A stretch of DNA of 64,000 nt from Planctomycetota bacterium (GTDB lineage Bacteria > Planctomycetota > UBA1135 > GCA-002686595): contig JABABA010000024.1 of NCBI GenBank assembly GCA_014238415.1, positions 499 through 64,498 on the forward strand, written 5' to 3'. Every line of letters begins with the position of its first letter. Within the stretch, counting starts at the first letter, position 1. The notes below the pieces were generated by a model. The model was not told the origin of the DNA and searched no databases. It worked only from the letters and a program-made list of their open reading frames with translations. Position numbers and translations under genes: made by a program. This document shows, in pieces, positions 9,854 to 19,865 of this stretch.

Positions 9854-10366
9854 ATGCCTGAGTCACGATCCGGATTCTCCCTGCTCGACTGGCTGGTCAT
9901 CACCCTTTCGGTCTTGGCCCTGGCTGGAGTTGCAACAAAGGACGGACGCCTGCGCTCGGTGGAGGATCGTGATGCCACCAGAGTGCGTGATCACGGCATC
10001 TTGCTCGATGCGATTCGCACGCACCATGCACTGACCGGATTCTGGCCTTCGCACGAAAGTGGCGCAGCAGAGGATGGCTGGAGCAGCAGCACAAAGCAGG
10101 GCTTCCTGATGGACCTGGTTGATGCGGGACTACTCGACCAGATACCCCAAGATCCCACCAGCGACGAGCGGCACTGCTATCGCTACCGGGTCTACCACAA
10201 CGACCCCTTTGGCTGCGGCCAAGAAGTGCCCTTCTTCATGCTCGCGGTGCGCCGCCTGGAAACCGAAGCGGCCCGCGCGGCAGTAATGGATACTGTTCAT
10301 TGCCAGGGTCGGGACTTCAGCGCCGAGTATGACCTGATCACCCTCGGATCCACTACACCAGACTAG
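9854..10366 (+). CDS. pseudopilin-like protein (GspG/PulG-like) with atypical class-III signal peptide
   Basis: From ATG 9854 the N-terminus reads MPESRSG/FSLLDWLVITLSVLALAGV. That is a short charged leader, Gly-1, Phe+1 and a hydrophobic helix, but Asp rather than Glu at +5. Downstream, LLDQIPQDP...YRYRVY resembles the GspG LPxDPWGxxY region. Confidence 0.6.
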   Translation: MPESRSGFSLLDWLVITLSVLALAGVATKDGRLRSVEDRDATRVRDHGILLDAIRTHHALTGFWPSHESGAAEDGWSSSTKQGFLMDLVDAGLLDQIPQDPTSDERHCYRYRVYHNDPFGCGQEVPFFMLAVRRLETEAARAAVMDTVHCQGRDFSAEYDLITLGSTTPD

Positions 10367-10392
10367 GCTCTGGTGGTTCAGAACATGCTGGT

Positions 10393-11292
10393 CTAGAACC
10401 CGGCGGCCGCGGCCTGCAAGGCCCTGGCACTGGATTCACTGAGTCCCACAGTAAAGCTCGAGTCGCTTGTCCTGGCAGGGACCAAACCAACAGAGTTGGC
10501 TTCTCCCAGAGTCAGGCCAATCGTCCTGCCTCCGGCAAATTCGAGTTCGATGTGGACACCTGAAAGCTGTTCATCAGCACCCTTGGCAAGCACAACTTGC
10601 AAGAAGGTAGCCCTGAGGGTGGTCAAGAGCTTCTCTACTATGGCCCCAGCCACAGGTTGGCCGTTATCCTCTCTACGCCAGACCTTGACCCGCGCCGTGT
10701 CACGCAGCAAACGAACGCTGCCATTCGAAGTCTGCAAGCGAACCGCAGTAACCAGCGCAGGTTCAAAAGAAACCAGCCGCGCGTCCAGGTAGTAGGCCTG
10801 CTCCAAATGCAAAGGTTCGAGACCGGGTAAGCGGTAAGTCTTGTCCTCGGACAGGAGTCGCCCGTATGTCGCCTGCCCATCGGGAGCCAAGCCTCCCTGA
10901 AGCAACTCGCCCATCACGGCGCCTTCCCCGTCAAGGATACGCAGGTGCGTCCCCGCATCCACTCCGTATTCCCGGTGTCGGGTCGCGTCAGAACTGACCA
11001 GATCCAAGGTCGAAAGGGACGCCAGACTGGCCAGCAGACCACGTACCAACTCTGGCCGGGCGGGATAGCCCAGAGAACCAGGTAGACGCCAGCTCTCGTC
11101 CATGCGTTCCAGCACCAGGGACGCTCCGTTGGGGCCTCGAAGCTCGATCCGTGCAGCCCGTTGAACATCGAGTTGGGTCAACAGAGGTCCCACATCCCGC
11201 GGTGGTCGGATGTCCGGGGCAGTGCCCAGATCCAACAGGACGAGAACTCCCAGAACTACTGCCAACAAAATGTTCCGACGTACAGCTCCCAT
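10393..11292 (-). CDS. DUF4340-like protein (last gene of the GldG-type ABC operon)
   Basis: It has an N-terminal TM helix, is about 300 aa, and sits directly after a GldG-like gene (TGATG overlap). The family assignment rests on context and composition rather than a sharp motif. Confidence 0.6.
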   Translation of the reverse strand: MGAVRRNILLAVVLGVLVLLDLGTAPDIRPPRDVGPLLTQLDVQRAARIELRGPNGASLVLERMDESWRLPGSLGYPARPELVRGLLASLASLSTLDLVSSDATRHREYGVDAGTHLRILDGEGAVMGELLQGGLAPDGQATYGRLLSEDKTYRLPGLEPLHLEQAYYLDARLVSFEPALVTAVRLQTSNGSVRLLRDTARVKVWRREDNGQPVAGAIVEKLLTTLRATFLQVVLAKGADEQLSGVHIELEFAGGRTIGLTLGEANSVGLVPARTSDSSFTVGLSESSARALQAAAAGF

Positions 11293-13100
11293 CAGAAACT
11301 ACGCTCCCGACGGTTCCAGACCCAACCAAGCAACAACAACAAGGTCAGTCCAAGTCCCAGAGGCAAGACCATCAAACGCCAACGAGCGCTTGTTGCGCGG
11401 CTCTCTGCAGCAGCCTTCTGCCGCGCACGCTGGGACAGTTCTTCCACCGTGTCATAGAGCCCTGCGCTCAGCAGCCCTTCGCGATCCAGTTCCTCTTGCA
11501 ACAGATCGCGCAGGGGTCTTGAGCGGGGCAATCGGGACCGCAGGGCGATCAGATCGTCCTCCGCCAGCATCCAGTCCAAAAAATTCTCCACCAACAGCAA
11601 ACCGCGCGGCTCCAAGCTTGGGGAGAGGCCAAAGGGATCCGGGTCGCGCACAAAATCCGCATCCCCCAACAACGCAACACGCACCATCGCGCCGCGATCC
11701 AGCACCACCTCGTCGGTAGTTTCTTGTTCAGTCGGTTGTTCCTCAAGTAAGTCCAAAGGCGCCGGAGCACCACGCACAAAGGGCGAAGGCAGGCGTCCGG
11801 TGAGTACCCGACCCACCACCAAAGCGCCCTTCGGATCCCCCCGCAGGCTAGCGGTGTGGGCTGCAATGATCGAAGCATCGGAAACCATGGCTTTCACAAA
11901 AGGCACCACCCAGGAGTCCCCCGAAGAGAGGATCACATCCCGTCCCACGATCCCTTCAACATGATTCAGGGCGCCAAATGGCTGGGGCCAGGCAAACGTG
12001 ATTCCATCAAGGCCACTGGTGGGAGGAAAAGTGCCGTCCATGCCCTCGACTGTGGTCTTCAACAGACCGGGGGTGCGTAGGGGTTCCAGCCGTCCACCAC
12101 CAGTGGGCTGACCATCAGCGTCAAGCTCGGAGACCAGAACCTTGCGCTCCCCAGGCGAACCCGCATCCCACACATGGCCGCCCGCCAATTCGCTGCCCCA
12201 GGAGCGCAAGAGAGCTTCCAGCCCAGTCCTGGGGGCCTCATCACCACGCATGGCGTGCAGTGCGCGCAGGCCTTGGTGATGGGTGTGCATAGTGACCTGA
12301 TCCAAGAACGCAAGCAAAGGCTTGCCCCGCTGCAGGGACTGCTCCAATTCAAACACCGCTCGAGGATGAAGTTCCAGAGGCCGCATGAGCACAACCAAGT
12401 CGCAGTCATCGGGAATCGGCACACCCGCTTCCAGAATTGCGGTTGACACCTCCACCAAATCAAAGCGACGGGAAAGGGCCTGCCGTAAGCCATGGAATGA
12501 GCCCAACTGCCAACTTGCCTTGGGATCGGTGTCGAAGGTCTCCCCCACCCAGGCGATGCGCGGTCGGTGGTCGCGCAACATGCGGGCCACGGCAGCTACA
12601 AACTCCACTTCCAAAGACCACGGATCGGCCCACTCAACGCGCTCCGTGCGTCCGCGATAACGCAGAAGCAAACTGCGATAGACCATCTGCCGCGAAACCC
12701 CAGTACCATGGGCCGCGTGCACGGGACGCGCTTGCAAACCGTGGGTCCTGGCGTCCAACGCCGCTTGACTGGAGACCGCAGGATCGCGCACATCAAGCAA
12801 CATCTTGCCTTTGGCCAGTGCCAGGTACTCCTCCAACTGGCCCTCGATCTGGGTGCGCTCTATCGTTGCCCGGCCGGACTCGATTTCCTTGGTAAAGAAC
12901 GCATGCACGGCCAGGGTGTCTTCCAACCGTCCCAATACCGAACGGGTGGCATGACTGACCTGAAACAACCCGTCCTCAGAAAGATCCCGCCGGGGCAGGT
13001 TCAAGTGACCCGCGATGCGATTGACCTCTACAAAAATGCCGCAGACCAGGAGGGTGCTCAACCAAAGGGCAGCCCGCCCGCGCTTGTTGCCTACGCTCAT
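11292..13100 (-). CDS. GldG-like ABC-transporter auxiliary protein
   Basis: 602 aa with N- and C-terminal TM helices and a large central domain. It lies downstream of an ABC-2 permease and ATPase, the architecture typical of GldG-type proteins. Confidence 0.7.
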   Translation of the reverse strand: MSVGNKRGRAALWLSTLLVCGIFVEVNRIAGHLNLPRRDLSEDGLFQVSHATRSVLGRLEDTLAVHAFFTKEIESGRATIERTQIEGQLEEYLALAKGKMLLDVRDPAVSSQAALDARTHGLQARPVHAAHGTGVSRQMVYRSLLLRYRGRTERVEWADPWSLEVEFVAAVARMLRDHRPRIAWVGETFDTDPKASWQLGSFHGLRQALSRRFDLVEVSTAILEAGVPIPDDCDLVVLMRPLELHPRAVFELEQSLQRGKPLLAFLDQVTMHTHHQGLRALHAMRGDEAPRTGLEALLRSWGSELAGGHVWDAGSPGERKVLVSELDADGQPTGGGRLEPLRTPGLLKTTVEGMDGTFPPTSGLDGITFAWPQPFGALNHVEGIVGRDVILSSGDSWVVPFVKAMVSDASIIAAHTASLRGDPKGALVVGRVLTGRLPSPFVRGAPAPLDLLEEQPTEQETTDEVVLDRGAMVRVALLGDADFVRDPDPFGLSPSLEPRGLLLVENFLDWMLAEDDLIALRSRLPRSRPLRDLLQEELDREGLLSAGLYDTVEELSQRARQKAAAESRATSARWRLMVLPLGLGLTLLLLLGWVWNRRERSF

Positions 13101-13846
13101 TGGTCGCGCCTCCCCTGCACCACCCAGGTGTTCAAGAGCAGCGCTCCCCCGATCAGGGACAGGCCATAGATCAGATCCCCACCATCAAGCACGCCTCGCA
13201 CAGCACTGCCCATGAAGTGAGCGGCGGGGGTCAGACCATCGATGCTCGTTGCCAGGTCTGCTGGAAACAACTCCACCACCATGCGCACCAGCCAAAGGCC
13301 CAGCAACAACAGCGTCGAGAGCAAGAACGCCACCAGGGGATCGGTGGCGCAGGCACTGACCAGGAGCGCTAGAGAAACATACGCCGCGCCCAGGAGCATG
13401 GCTCCCATGAGCCCCACCAGGACCGTTGCCCGGTCCAGATCACCGAGGTTCTCCACCGTCCAGGCGATGGGCAGCACGGTCAAGATCAGCAGCATGCAGA
13501 CGATGCCAGTGTGGGCCAAGAACTTGCCCAGCACCAATTGGCTTGCGCGCAGGGGATAGGTCAAGAACAGCTCCTCAGTGCCTGCGCGCCGTTCCTCGGT
13601 CCAGGATCCCATACACAGAGCCGGCACCAAGAGCCCCTGGGAAAGGGGCATCCAGGCGAAGAGCACCACCAGGCTTGCCTCGCCCCCTTCCCACAGGGAC
13701 GGCAGGGGCATACCGCCGATTGGCATGCCCACCAAGAAAAACAGCCCCGCAGAGACCAGGACAAAGATCAGGATCGTGGCGTAGGCCACGGGGGATTCAA
13801 AGGCCACACGCAACTCACGTCCGGCAATGGCGAGCACTTGCCTCAC
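13097..13846 (-). CDS. ABC-2 type transporter permease (GldF-like)
   Basis: 249 aa with about 6 predicted TM helices. It has 4-nt overlaps with both neighbouring genes. Confidence 0.8.
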   Translation of the reverse strand: MRQVLAIAGRELRVAFESPVAYATILIFVLVSAGLFFLVGMPIGGMPLPSLWEGGEASLVVLFAWMPLSQGLLVPALCMGSWTEERRAGTEELFLTYPLRASQLVLGKFLAHTGIVCMLLILTVLPIAWTVENLGDLDRATVLVGLMGAMLLGAAYVSLALLVSACATDPLVAFLLSTLLLLGLWLVRMVVELFPADLATSIDGLTPAAHFMGSAVRGVLDGGDLIYGLSLIGGALLLNTWVVQGRRDQ

Positions 13847-14826
13847 GGACGAACCTCTGCCGCCCCGGCTGTATGTTCCATGAAGACCTGCTCAAGGGTG
13901 GGCAACTCGTGGCGCAGTTCCAAGAGGATGGTTCCAACGAGGGCCGCTTGTAGAGGCCCTACAACCTCGCGAGGCTCATCGGCCTTCAACTCAATGCGCA
14001 GGTCCCCTCCGCGCAGGGGATCGATGCTATTGATTTCTTCCACCCCGGGCAATGCGCCCAGGGTCTGCATGAGAGCCCCAGGATCTCCAATACCGCTGAC
14101 CTCTACAATCAAACGCTTACCCGCGTCGCTGGCCAATGCCCCCGGATCCCCATCTGCTACCAACCGGCCCCCAGCGACGATCAAGACGCGCTGGCATACC
14201 TCTTCCACCTCAGGCAGCACATGGGTCGAAATCAAGACCGTCTTGTCCCTTGCGAGGCGCGCCACAAGATCGCGCACGCGCACGATCTCGCGGGGGTCGA
14301 GCCCGCTGGTGGGTTCATCCAATACCAGCACATCCGGATCGCTGACAAGGGCCTGGGCCAGGCCGACCCGTTGGCGATACCCTTTGGACAGGGTGTGGAT
14401 GCGGCGGCCCTCATGGCCTCCCAGGTCACAAGAATCCAAGACACGGGCGATTGCATCCTTGCGCGAGGCTCCTCGAAGTCCGCGCAATGTGGACACCAGG
14501 CTCAAGAAACGGTCCACACGCATTTCCCTGTGCAATGGCGTGTGTTCTGGAAGGTATCCCAGGATGCGGCGCGCCACCACCTCACCTGCAGCAAGGCCCC
14601 CGAGCGTCGCCTCACCCCCATCGGGGTTCAAATAGCCGGTCAGCATACGCATGATGGTGCTCTTGCCCGCCCCGTTGGGGCCCAGGAGGCCCACCAACTC
14701 TCCCCGTCGCACCTGGAACGAGACCTGGTCCACGGCTGTCACGGGACCGAAGTGCTTGCAGAGGCCACGGGCCTCGATCAAGACCTCGCCCGTGCTCTTC
14801 GGGGGAGTTTCTGCTGCTGCCTGCAT
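13843..14826 (-). CDS. ABC transporter ATP-binding protein (GldA-like)
   Basis: It has Walker A GPNGAGKST, the signature LSKGYRQRV and Walker B LVLDEPTSGLD. I set the start at ATG 14826 (MQAAAETPP), because the upstream extension of the listed ORF is not ABC-like. Confidence 0.9.
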   Translation of the reverse strand: MQAAAETPPKSTGEVLIEARGLCKHFGPVTAVDQVSFQVRRGELVGLLGPNGAGKSTIMRMLTGYLNPDGGEATLGGLAAGEVVARRILGYLPEHTPLHREMRVDRFLSLVSTLRGLRGASRKDAIARVLDSCDLGGHEGRRIHTLSKGYRQRVGLAQALVSDPDVLVLDEPTSGLDPREIVRVRDLVARLARDKTVLISTHVLPEVEEVCQRVLIVAGGRLVADGDPGALASDAGKRLIVEVSGIGDPGALMQTLGALPGVEEINSIDPLRGGDLRIELKADEPREVVGPLQAALVGTILLELRHELPTLEQVFMEHTAGAAEVRP

Positions 14827-14899
14827 GGGAATGGCAAGGTTATACCACCCCGGACCGCGCCGGTGACCGGAGCGTTGCCCCCCAGCGTAGGATAGGCCC

Positions 14900-15907
14900 A
14901 TGAATCCCGACCTGCGCTTCCGCTCCCTGGCCCCCTGGCTGAAAGAAACCTTCGGCCAACCCGTCTATAGGGTGGCCCTTGACGCGGGATCCACCTGCCC
15001 CAATAGGGACGGGACCCGAGGATTTGGTGGCTGCACCTATTGTGATGTGGAAGGCTCTGGCACCGGCGCCTTGCGTACTGGCAAGGCGGTTGCCGAGCAA
15101 CTGGAAGTGGGGCTCAAACGCATCGCACGCCGGGGCAGAGGTGACCAGGCAGTAGGAGCCATCGCCTACCTGCAAAGCTACAGCAACACCTACGGAGATA
15201 GCGCGCGCCTCAAAGAGTTGCTCGGGGCGGTTGAACCATATCTGGGAGACGCGGTGCGCTGCGTATCGGTGGCCACTCGCCCGGACTGCTTGCAAGACGA
15301 GGCGCTGCGACTCTTGGAGCATCTCTCCCACAGGGTTCCGGTCTGGCTGGAACTCGGCCTCGAAAGCGCCAATGACGAGGTACTGCTCAACATCAACCGG
15401 CTGCACACCCTGGCAGAGTTCGACGACGCTGTGCAGCGCGCACATCAGGCGGGCCTCTCTACAGTGAGCCATGCAATCCTGGGCCTACCGGGTGATGGAC
15501 GCCAGGGCGCCCGGGACACAGCCCGAGCCATAGCCAGAGCCGGTTGCGCCGGGGTCAAGGTTCACCACCTGATGGTGCTCAAGAAGACCCAAATGGCCCA
15601 TGACTGGCATGCGGGACGGCTCAAAGTGCTGGACCTTGAAACCTATCTGGATTGGGCTGCGGACTTCATCGAACGCCTGCATCCCGATCAGGTGGTGCAC
15701 CGGGTGACCGGCGAGGCCCCGCAAGAGAAGCTGATCGCCCCGCAATTCGGGTTACACAAGACCGCGATTCGTGTGCGCTTGACGGAAGTTTTATGCAAAC
15801 GCGGAACGCGCCAGGGCAGCGCCCATATTGGGGAGGGGAGCAGGCCCTTCACACCTCAGAGCGCCTCCTCCCTAGATATCGCGCCTGCTACAGACCAGCA
15901 GAGATAG
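14900..15907 (+). CDS. radical SAM protein, TIGR01212 (YhcC-like) family
   Basis: It has the N-terminal pattern LDAGSTCPNRDGTRGFGGCTYCD, followed by a TIM-barrel-like radical SAM core. Confidence 0.8.
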   Translation: MNPDLRFRSLAPWLKETFGQPVYRVALDAGSTCPNRDGTRGFGGCTYCDVEGSGTGALRTGKAVAEQLEVGLKRIARRGRGDQAVGAIAYLQSYSNTYGDSARLKELLGAVEPYLGDAVRCVSVATRPDCLQDEALRLLEHLSHRVPVWLELGLESANDEVLLNINRLHTLAEFDDAVQRAHQAGLSTVSHAILGLPGDGRQGARDTARAIARAGCAGVKVHHLMVLKKTQMAHDWHAGRLKVLDLETYLDWAADFIERLHPDQVVHRVTGEAPQEKLIAPQFGLHKTAIRVRLTEVLCKRGTRQGSAHIGEGSRPFTPQSASSLDIAPATDQQR

Positions 15908-16014
15908 ACCTCGAATCGAGCTCTCCCTCGCTTTCCTCCGAAGGCCTGAGTTCTGCGCCTTGGATCTGTTTATTCTGGGAGCCGCCCATCCGAAAGAATT
16001 CGGCTGCAATAAAT

Positions 16015-17049
16015 ATGCGCCTTCCCCAGACCAAGACTCAGCTTGCCTTTTTCACCCTGGCCCTGCTCTTGGGCCCAATGGCCACAGCAAGCGCCTGCCC
16101 CCAGAATCTGCTCGACTCCCTGGAGGACGGCGCCTTCATGCGTCCCGACGAAGAACCTCCGATCGGTGTACTGGGGGCCGCAATGGCAGCGGCCGGAAAA
16201 ATGACGATTGCCTGGACCTGGGCAGGTACGAATGAGAGCGGCCCTCGTATTGGCAACAAGGAGGCCACCACCGGGGAGGTCACCGATCTGGGCTACGCCT
16301 TCGCGGCCACATCTGCGAGGTTCGAAGAGCATCGTTTCACCTTCCACTTTGAACTCAACGAAGGCATGGACGTAGAACTGACCCTGCCCTACTGCGATGC
16401 CCGAGCTGATGTGATCGGTCCCTTGGGCAAGACCCGCATGCGCACAAATGGCTTGGGAGACGTGGAGATTGGAGCCCTCTGGAACTCAGCACTCCAGGAG
16501 GGGGACAGCCACTCCTATGGGCTGGGCCTGGGCCTGCCAACAGGTTCAACCAATTCCACCGGCACCAACCCTGGCGGCGGCGATGGTCGCCTGCCCTACT
16601 CCTTGCAGCCAGGCAGCGGCGCTTGGAGTCTGATCCCCCGAGCGCACTGGTTGGGCCAGACGGAGGACTGGTCCTGGGGCTATGGCGGCCAGTACATGCT
16701 CCGTTTACGGGAAGGCGGAACATCCTGGAACAAGGGCAATGAATTGGAGCTTGGCGCCTGGGCGGCACATCGAATCAACCGGGACATGAGCATCTCCCTA
16801 CGCCTCGAAGGTCATCACTCCAGAGGCATCAGCGGCAGCGAGAGCACAATCGATCCCCTGATTTCCAACTTGCATGATCCAGACAACGCCGGAGGCACTT
16901 TGTTCCGACTCTTTGGTGGTTTCAACTTCGTCGGCACCAGCGGCAACCGGTTTGCGGCGGAGGTCGGAGTACCCCTATACGATGATGTGGACGGCGTACA
17001 ACTGGGCAACACCATCACATACGGCCTGGGCTGGCGCTACAGCTTCTGA
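16015..17049 (+). CDS. outer-membrane beta-barrel protein (putative MetA-pathway/transporter-type OMP)
   Basis: ATG 16015 gives the signal peptide MRLPQTKTQLAFFTLALLLGPMATASA. The product has alternating amphipathic strands, is Gly/Tyr/Trp-rich, and ends ...GLGWRYSF (OMP signature with terminal Phe). Confidence 0.7.
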   Translation: MRLPQTKTQLAFFTLALLLGPMATASACPQNLLDSLEDGAFMRPDEEPPIGVLGAAMAAAGKMTIAWTWAGTNESGPRIGNKEATTGEVTDLGYAFAATSARFEEHRFTFHFELNEGMDVELTLPYCDARADVIGPLGKTRMRTNGLGDVEIGALWNSALQEGDSHSYGLGLGLPTGSTNSTGTNPGGGDGRLPYSLQPGSGAWSLIPRAHWLGQTEDWSWGYGGQYMLRLREGGTSWNKGNELELGAWAAHRINRDMSISLRLEGHHSRGISGSESTIDPLISNLHDPDNAGGTLFRLFGGFNFVGTSGNRFAAEVGVPLYDDVDGVQLGNTITYGLGWRYSF

Positions 17050-17076
17050 GAAGCATTGAGTGTTGGCCCTTTGGGC

Positions 17077-17784
17077 TCAACGAACGTACAAGATGCGCGT
17101 GCAACTCGGGCATTGCACCAGGTCCACGCCACGCGCCAACCGAACGTAGAGGTTGCGCGGGATCGAGACGAAGCAGCCCTGGCAAACCAGATCTGCCAGT
17201 TCCGCCAGGGCTTCACCCTCACGGCGCTCCAGGAGACCCTTGTACAGGTTGAGCTGATCCTCGGGGATGCTAGCCGACTGTAGATTGGTCCGCTGGGCAT
17301 CGAGAGCCTCCAGCTTGGTGGAAGCCTCGGTCAGTTCGGTCTTGACTGCAGCAGAGAGCGCATCAAAGTCAGGGCGCTCTGAAACAACGGTGGTTTCCAG
17401 TTGTTCGGCTTGACCCTGCTTCTCATCCGCCTGGGCCAGCATGTTCAGGCCATCATCCTCTGCTTCGGAAATAGTGTCCTTGACCGTGCGAATTTCGTGC
17501 TGGTAGGAAGCCAGGAGGGCAGCATCGACGCCCTCAGAATTGCACTCTTTCTCCAGCTTGCGCTGGCGCATGCGTAGAACCGTGACGGACTCCTCAACTT
17601 CCTTGACCTGCAAGCGCAGTTGCTGCGCCTCGGCGCGGCACTGCTTCGACATGGTCACCATGTCGCTGAGCTTCTTGTGACGAACCTTGAGTTCCTGGGG
17701 CAGACGCTGCAACTCAGCCCGCAACCGGTAGATCTGCCGGTCGGTGTCTTGGAGAGAGAGAAGCGCCTGGAGCGTCTGGTTCAT
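17077..17784 (-). CDS. coiled-coil protein with C-terminal C4 zinc ribbon (COG1579-like)
   Basis: It has a long heptad-rich N-terminus and the C-terminal CQGCFVSIP...VQCPSCTRILY. Confidence 0.75.
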   Translation of the reverse strand: MNQTLQALLSLQDTDRQIYRLRAELQRLPQELKVRHKKLSDMVTMSKQCRAEAQQLRLQVKEVEESVTVLRMRQRKLEKECNSEGVDAALLASYQHEIRTVKDTISEAEDDGLNMLAQADEKQGQAEQLETTVVSERPDFDALSAAVKTELTEASTKLEALDAQRTNLQSASIPEDQLNLYKGLLERREGEALAELADLVCQGCFVSIPRNLYVRLARGVDLVQCPSCTRILYVR

Positions 17785-17999
17785 ACTGCTGAGTTTGGCC
17801 GAGAAATTGGGCCAAGCAGTCTATGGACGGACCCCTCTGGGCGCAATGGGTTGCAGGGTTTCCCGAGCATCCCTGCGTGACAAACCCAAGCGCGCTCCTT
17901 GGTTGGAGTCCTGCATGGGAGATCCGCAGCCCCCAGGGGACCCTCAGCAGCGCGCCGGTCCCCAGACAACGGAAACCGGCGCACGCCGTTCTCAAAGTC

Positions 18000-18023
18000 C
18001 CTGAGATCCCTTGGGCTCTCAGG
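18000..18023 (-). terminator. hairpin 20 nt downstream of the rpoD stop (possible terminator)
   Basis: There is a 7-bp stem, cctgaga/tctcagg, with further inner GC pairs. The tail on the minus strand (gactttgag) is not U-rich. Confidence 0.3.
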
Positions 18024-18042
18024 AAGAAGGTCGATCTGGACT

Positions 18043-19764
18043 CTAGAGGTCCCTGGGATCTCCCTCTTCCTCATCCACCGAAACCCCTTCAAGGAAGCTC
18101 GCCAGCTGACGGGCACGCACCGGGTGGCGCAGCTTGCGCACGGCCTTGGCCTCGATCTGGCGAACCCGCTCACGGGTCACACGGAAGATGCGGCCCACCT
18201 CCTCCAGGGTGTAGGTATAGCCATCGCCAATGCCGTAGCGCAGCTTGATAATCTCCCGTTCGCGGAAAGTGAGGGTACCCAGCACATCATCAATGCGCTC
18301 CTTGAGCATTTCCCTACCCGCCGACTGCAGAGGACTCTCGGCGGTCTCATCCTCGATGAAGTCACCGAAGTAGCTGTCGTCAGACTCGCCAATCGGCCTG
18401 TCAAGGCTGATGGGATGCTTGCTGATTTTCATCACGCGCTTGGCCTCGTCCACCGTAATGCCGGTGGCCTCTGCGACCTCTTCCACGGATGGGGCGCGGC
18501 CCTTCTCCTGGACCAGTCGCTTGGTCACATTGCGCAACTTGCTCATGGTCTCGATCATGTGCACGGGAATGCGGATCGTGCGGGCCTGATCAGCAATCGA
18601 GCGAGTGATCGCCTGACGGATCCACCAGGTGGCATAGGTCGAAAACTTGTAACCACGACGATACTCGTATTTCTCAACCGCTTTCATCAGCCCCGTGTTG
18701 CCTTCCTGAATCAGGTCGAGGAACGAGAGACCACGATTGCGGTATTTCTTGGCGATCGAAACCACCAGACGCAGGTTTCCGCTTGAGAGCAGGCGCTTGG
18801 CTTCCTCGTATTCCTCGTAATGCAGGGTGACCTGATCCAGCCGACGGCGCAAACGGTCGATGGGCTCCAGGGCAATCTCCTCCAACCGGTCCATCTCAGT
18901 CTGTAGTTCCTCCAATTGCTGGGGGCCACCATCCTGATCGAGGTTGCGCTGGGCGGTCTCCAGCTTACGCTCAACCGCCCGCATGTCGCGCCAGTGATCT
19001 TCCAGCAGATGCTCGTAGGGGCGTACTTTCTTGATTTGAAGGTGACACTCCTCGATCAAAATAATCAGCTTTCGACGAATGTTCTGAACCCTGGTAATGA
19101 CCTCTGAACGCTCGGCACCCGAAAGGTCGCCCCCGATCAAGGGGTGATAGGTCTCGCGCAGCCGCTCCATCAAGTTCTCGATGGTGCGTACATTGACCGG
19201 CAGTCTCTTGGCCAGGAAGGGCTTGCCCAGGGTCTCGACGATTTTTGGGTCATCATCGGGCTTGGGGTTGGGGTTGACTTTGAGGGTGCGGTCAAAAGCC
19301 AGCTCCCCCTGCTGCACTTGATGCAGAGTGCTCAAAGAGGCATTCATAGCCACGCCCGAGCCCATGCACTTCTTGCGGAAACGCTTGCGAGTCACTTCGA
19401 TGGCTTTGGCAAGAGAGATCTCCTGCTCGCGGGTCAGAAGAGGGATCTCCCCCATCTGGGTCAAGTACATGCGCACTGGATCATCGATCTTCTCTACCAC
19501 CGCCGGGGTCGTCGGTGTGGCGGGCTTGTGAGCCACTGGAGTACTGGTCGTGCTAGCAACCGCGGCAGTGGGCGTACCCTCATCTGGATCATCATCCAGG
19601 ACGTCGATACCTGCGTCCTCCAGACTGATGAACACCTGGTCCATCTTGTCCGGAGGTACGAATTGATCTTCAAGCAAGGTGTTCATCTCTGCAAAGGTGA
19701 GAAAGCCCTTGCGTTTGCCCTCATGGACGAGGAGCTTGATGATGTCTTCTGTTTTGTCAGTCAT
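18043..19764 (-). CDS. rpoD: RNA polymerase primary sigma factor (sigma-70)
   Basis: It has region 2 [14 protein letters not shown], region 4.2 [30 protein letters not shown] and a region 1.1-like acidic N-terminus. Confidence 0.97.
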   Translation of the reverse strand: MTDKTEDIIKLLVHEGKRKGFLTFAEMNTLLEDQFVPPDKMDQVFISLEDAGIDVLDDDPDEGTPTAAVASTTSTPVAHKPATPTTPAVVEKIDDPVRMYLTQMGEIPLLTREQEISLAKAIEVTRKRFRKKCMGSGVAMNASLSTLHQVQQGELAFDRTLKVNPNPKPDDDPKIVETLGKPFLAKRLPVNVRTIENLMERLRETYHPLIGGDLSGAERSEVITRVQNIRRKLIILIEECHLQIKKVRPYEHLLEDHWRDMRAVERKLETAQRNLDQDGGPQQLEELQTEMDRLEEIALEPIDRLRRRLDQVTLHYEEYEEAKRLLSSGNLRLVVSIAKKYRNRGLSFLDLIQEGNTGLMKAVEKYEYRRGYKFSTYATWWIRQAITRSIADQARTIRIPVHMIETMSKLRNVTKRLVQEKGRAPSVEEVAEATGITVDEAKRVMKISKHPISLDRPIGESDDSYFGDFIEDETAESPLQSAGREMLKERIDDVLGTLTFREREIIKLRYGIGDGYTYTLEEVGRIFRVTRERVRQIEAKAVRKLRHPVRARQLASFLEGVSVDEEEGDPRDL

Positions 19765-19865
19765 GGTTGTTGGGGGTGATGTGCACCGAGGAAAGATGCG
19801 TGCATCGAGTCAAAGTTAGTACTTGTTGCTGAGGAGGAATTTCGGAACTGAGTGCCGAGTTGGGA

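Noticed and set aside
13511-14895. Plus-strand ORFs of 374 aa and 224 aa opposite the ABC permease and ATPase genes.
   Set aside because: Walker A and B and the ABC signature lie on the minus strand, so the plus-strand frames are shadow ORFs.
15652-16014. The N-terminal 121-codon extension of the OMP ORF, overlapping the radical SAM gene end. Similar extensions occur at 46604-46768, 47451-47642, 24962-25159, 3671-3790, 31575-31616 and 34397-34504.
   Set aside because: In each case an internal ATG yields the canonical N-terminus (a signal peptide, [23 protein letters not shown], and so on). The extensions are Arg/Pro-rich and overlap neighbouring genes or non-coding DNA.
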